Below are positions 63,590 to 64,000 of a stretch of 64,000 nt of DNA, in pieces (within the stretch, counting starts at the first letter, position 1; every line of letters starts with the position of its first letter). Origin of the DNA: Octopus bimaculoides (taxonomy: Eukaryota); contig NC_068981.1 in NCBI RefSeq assembly GCF_001194135.2, positions 60,898,971 to 60,962,970 on the forward strand. The letters run 5' to 3'. The position numbers and the translations under genes are program-made. The notes beneath the pieces are model-generated. The model ran no database searches and was not told the DNA's origin. It worked only from the letters and a program-made list of their open reading frames with translations.

Positions 63590-64000
63590 TTTGCGTGGAA
63601 ACAATTGTATTGATTAAAAAATACATGTCGAACCGCATCCCTTCTTGTTGACTCCGATTTTTTCAACAACCATTTCATGTTTGACAATACTTTCTACCGA
63701 CAAAAATCCGGAATTGCTATGGGCACTAGGGCAGCTCCAGTCATTGCGAACCTAACAATGGGTTACTTGGAAATAATAATATACCAGGAATCTTAATCCA
63801 CCTTTGGAAACACCCTTTCCCAATACATAAAAGAACATTGGAAAAGGTTCCTGGACGACTGTTTCTTACTCTGGAATGAAAACACAGATGAACTCTTGAA
63901 ATTCAAAGTCTATTGAACAGTGTCAACCCAAACATACAGTTCACAATGGAGTACAACCAAAAGGAGCTCCCATTCTTGGATATACTAATTAAAAAAATAA
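63590..64000 (+). mobile_element. Penelope-like element reverse transcriptase core (pseudogenised, runs off the window)
   Basis: NNHFMFDNTFYRQKSGIAMGTRAAPVIANLTMGYLE..WKRFLDDCFLLW..(frameshift)NSVNPNIQFTMEYNQKELPFLDILI. These are PLE RT motifs; one stop and one frameshift. Confidence 0.9.

Overview
AT-rich, microsatellite-saturated eukaryotic genomic DNA with 14 N-gaps, most of them abutting simple repeats. The SINE families, LINEs and repeat load look like an octopus (cephalopod) draft assembly; this is an inference from recalled repeat families and was not checked. I cannot support any host protein-coding exon, rRNA, true tRNA or CRISPR array. The window reads as intergenic or deep-intronic DNA made of transposon relics. 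DNA transposons: three mariner (DD34D) pseudogenes, three maT/DD37D relics, and one internally deleted Tigger/pogo element whose C-terminal 218 codons are still open. LINEs: L1/Tx1-like ORF1 and RT pieces, three RTE-clade pieces, and R4/Dong RT fragments. There are also about 15 copies of several tRNA-derived SINE families and at least six Penelope-like element (PLE) relics. The most notable signals are (i) minimal hammerhead-ribozyme folds downstream of PLE relics (10494-10556, a variant at 22759-22818, a weak one at 43597-43645), (ii) a foldback element with long TIRs enclosing an inverted (TAACCC)n/(TTAGGG)n telomeric palindrome (46932-47782), and (iii) several templated-duplication or template-switch scars. 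Most ORFs in the supplied track are microsatellite or gap artefacts.
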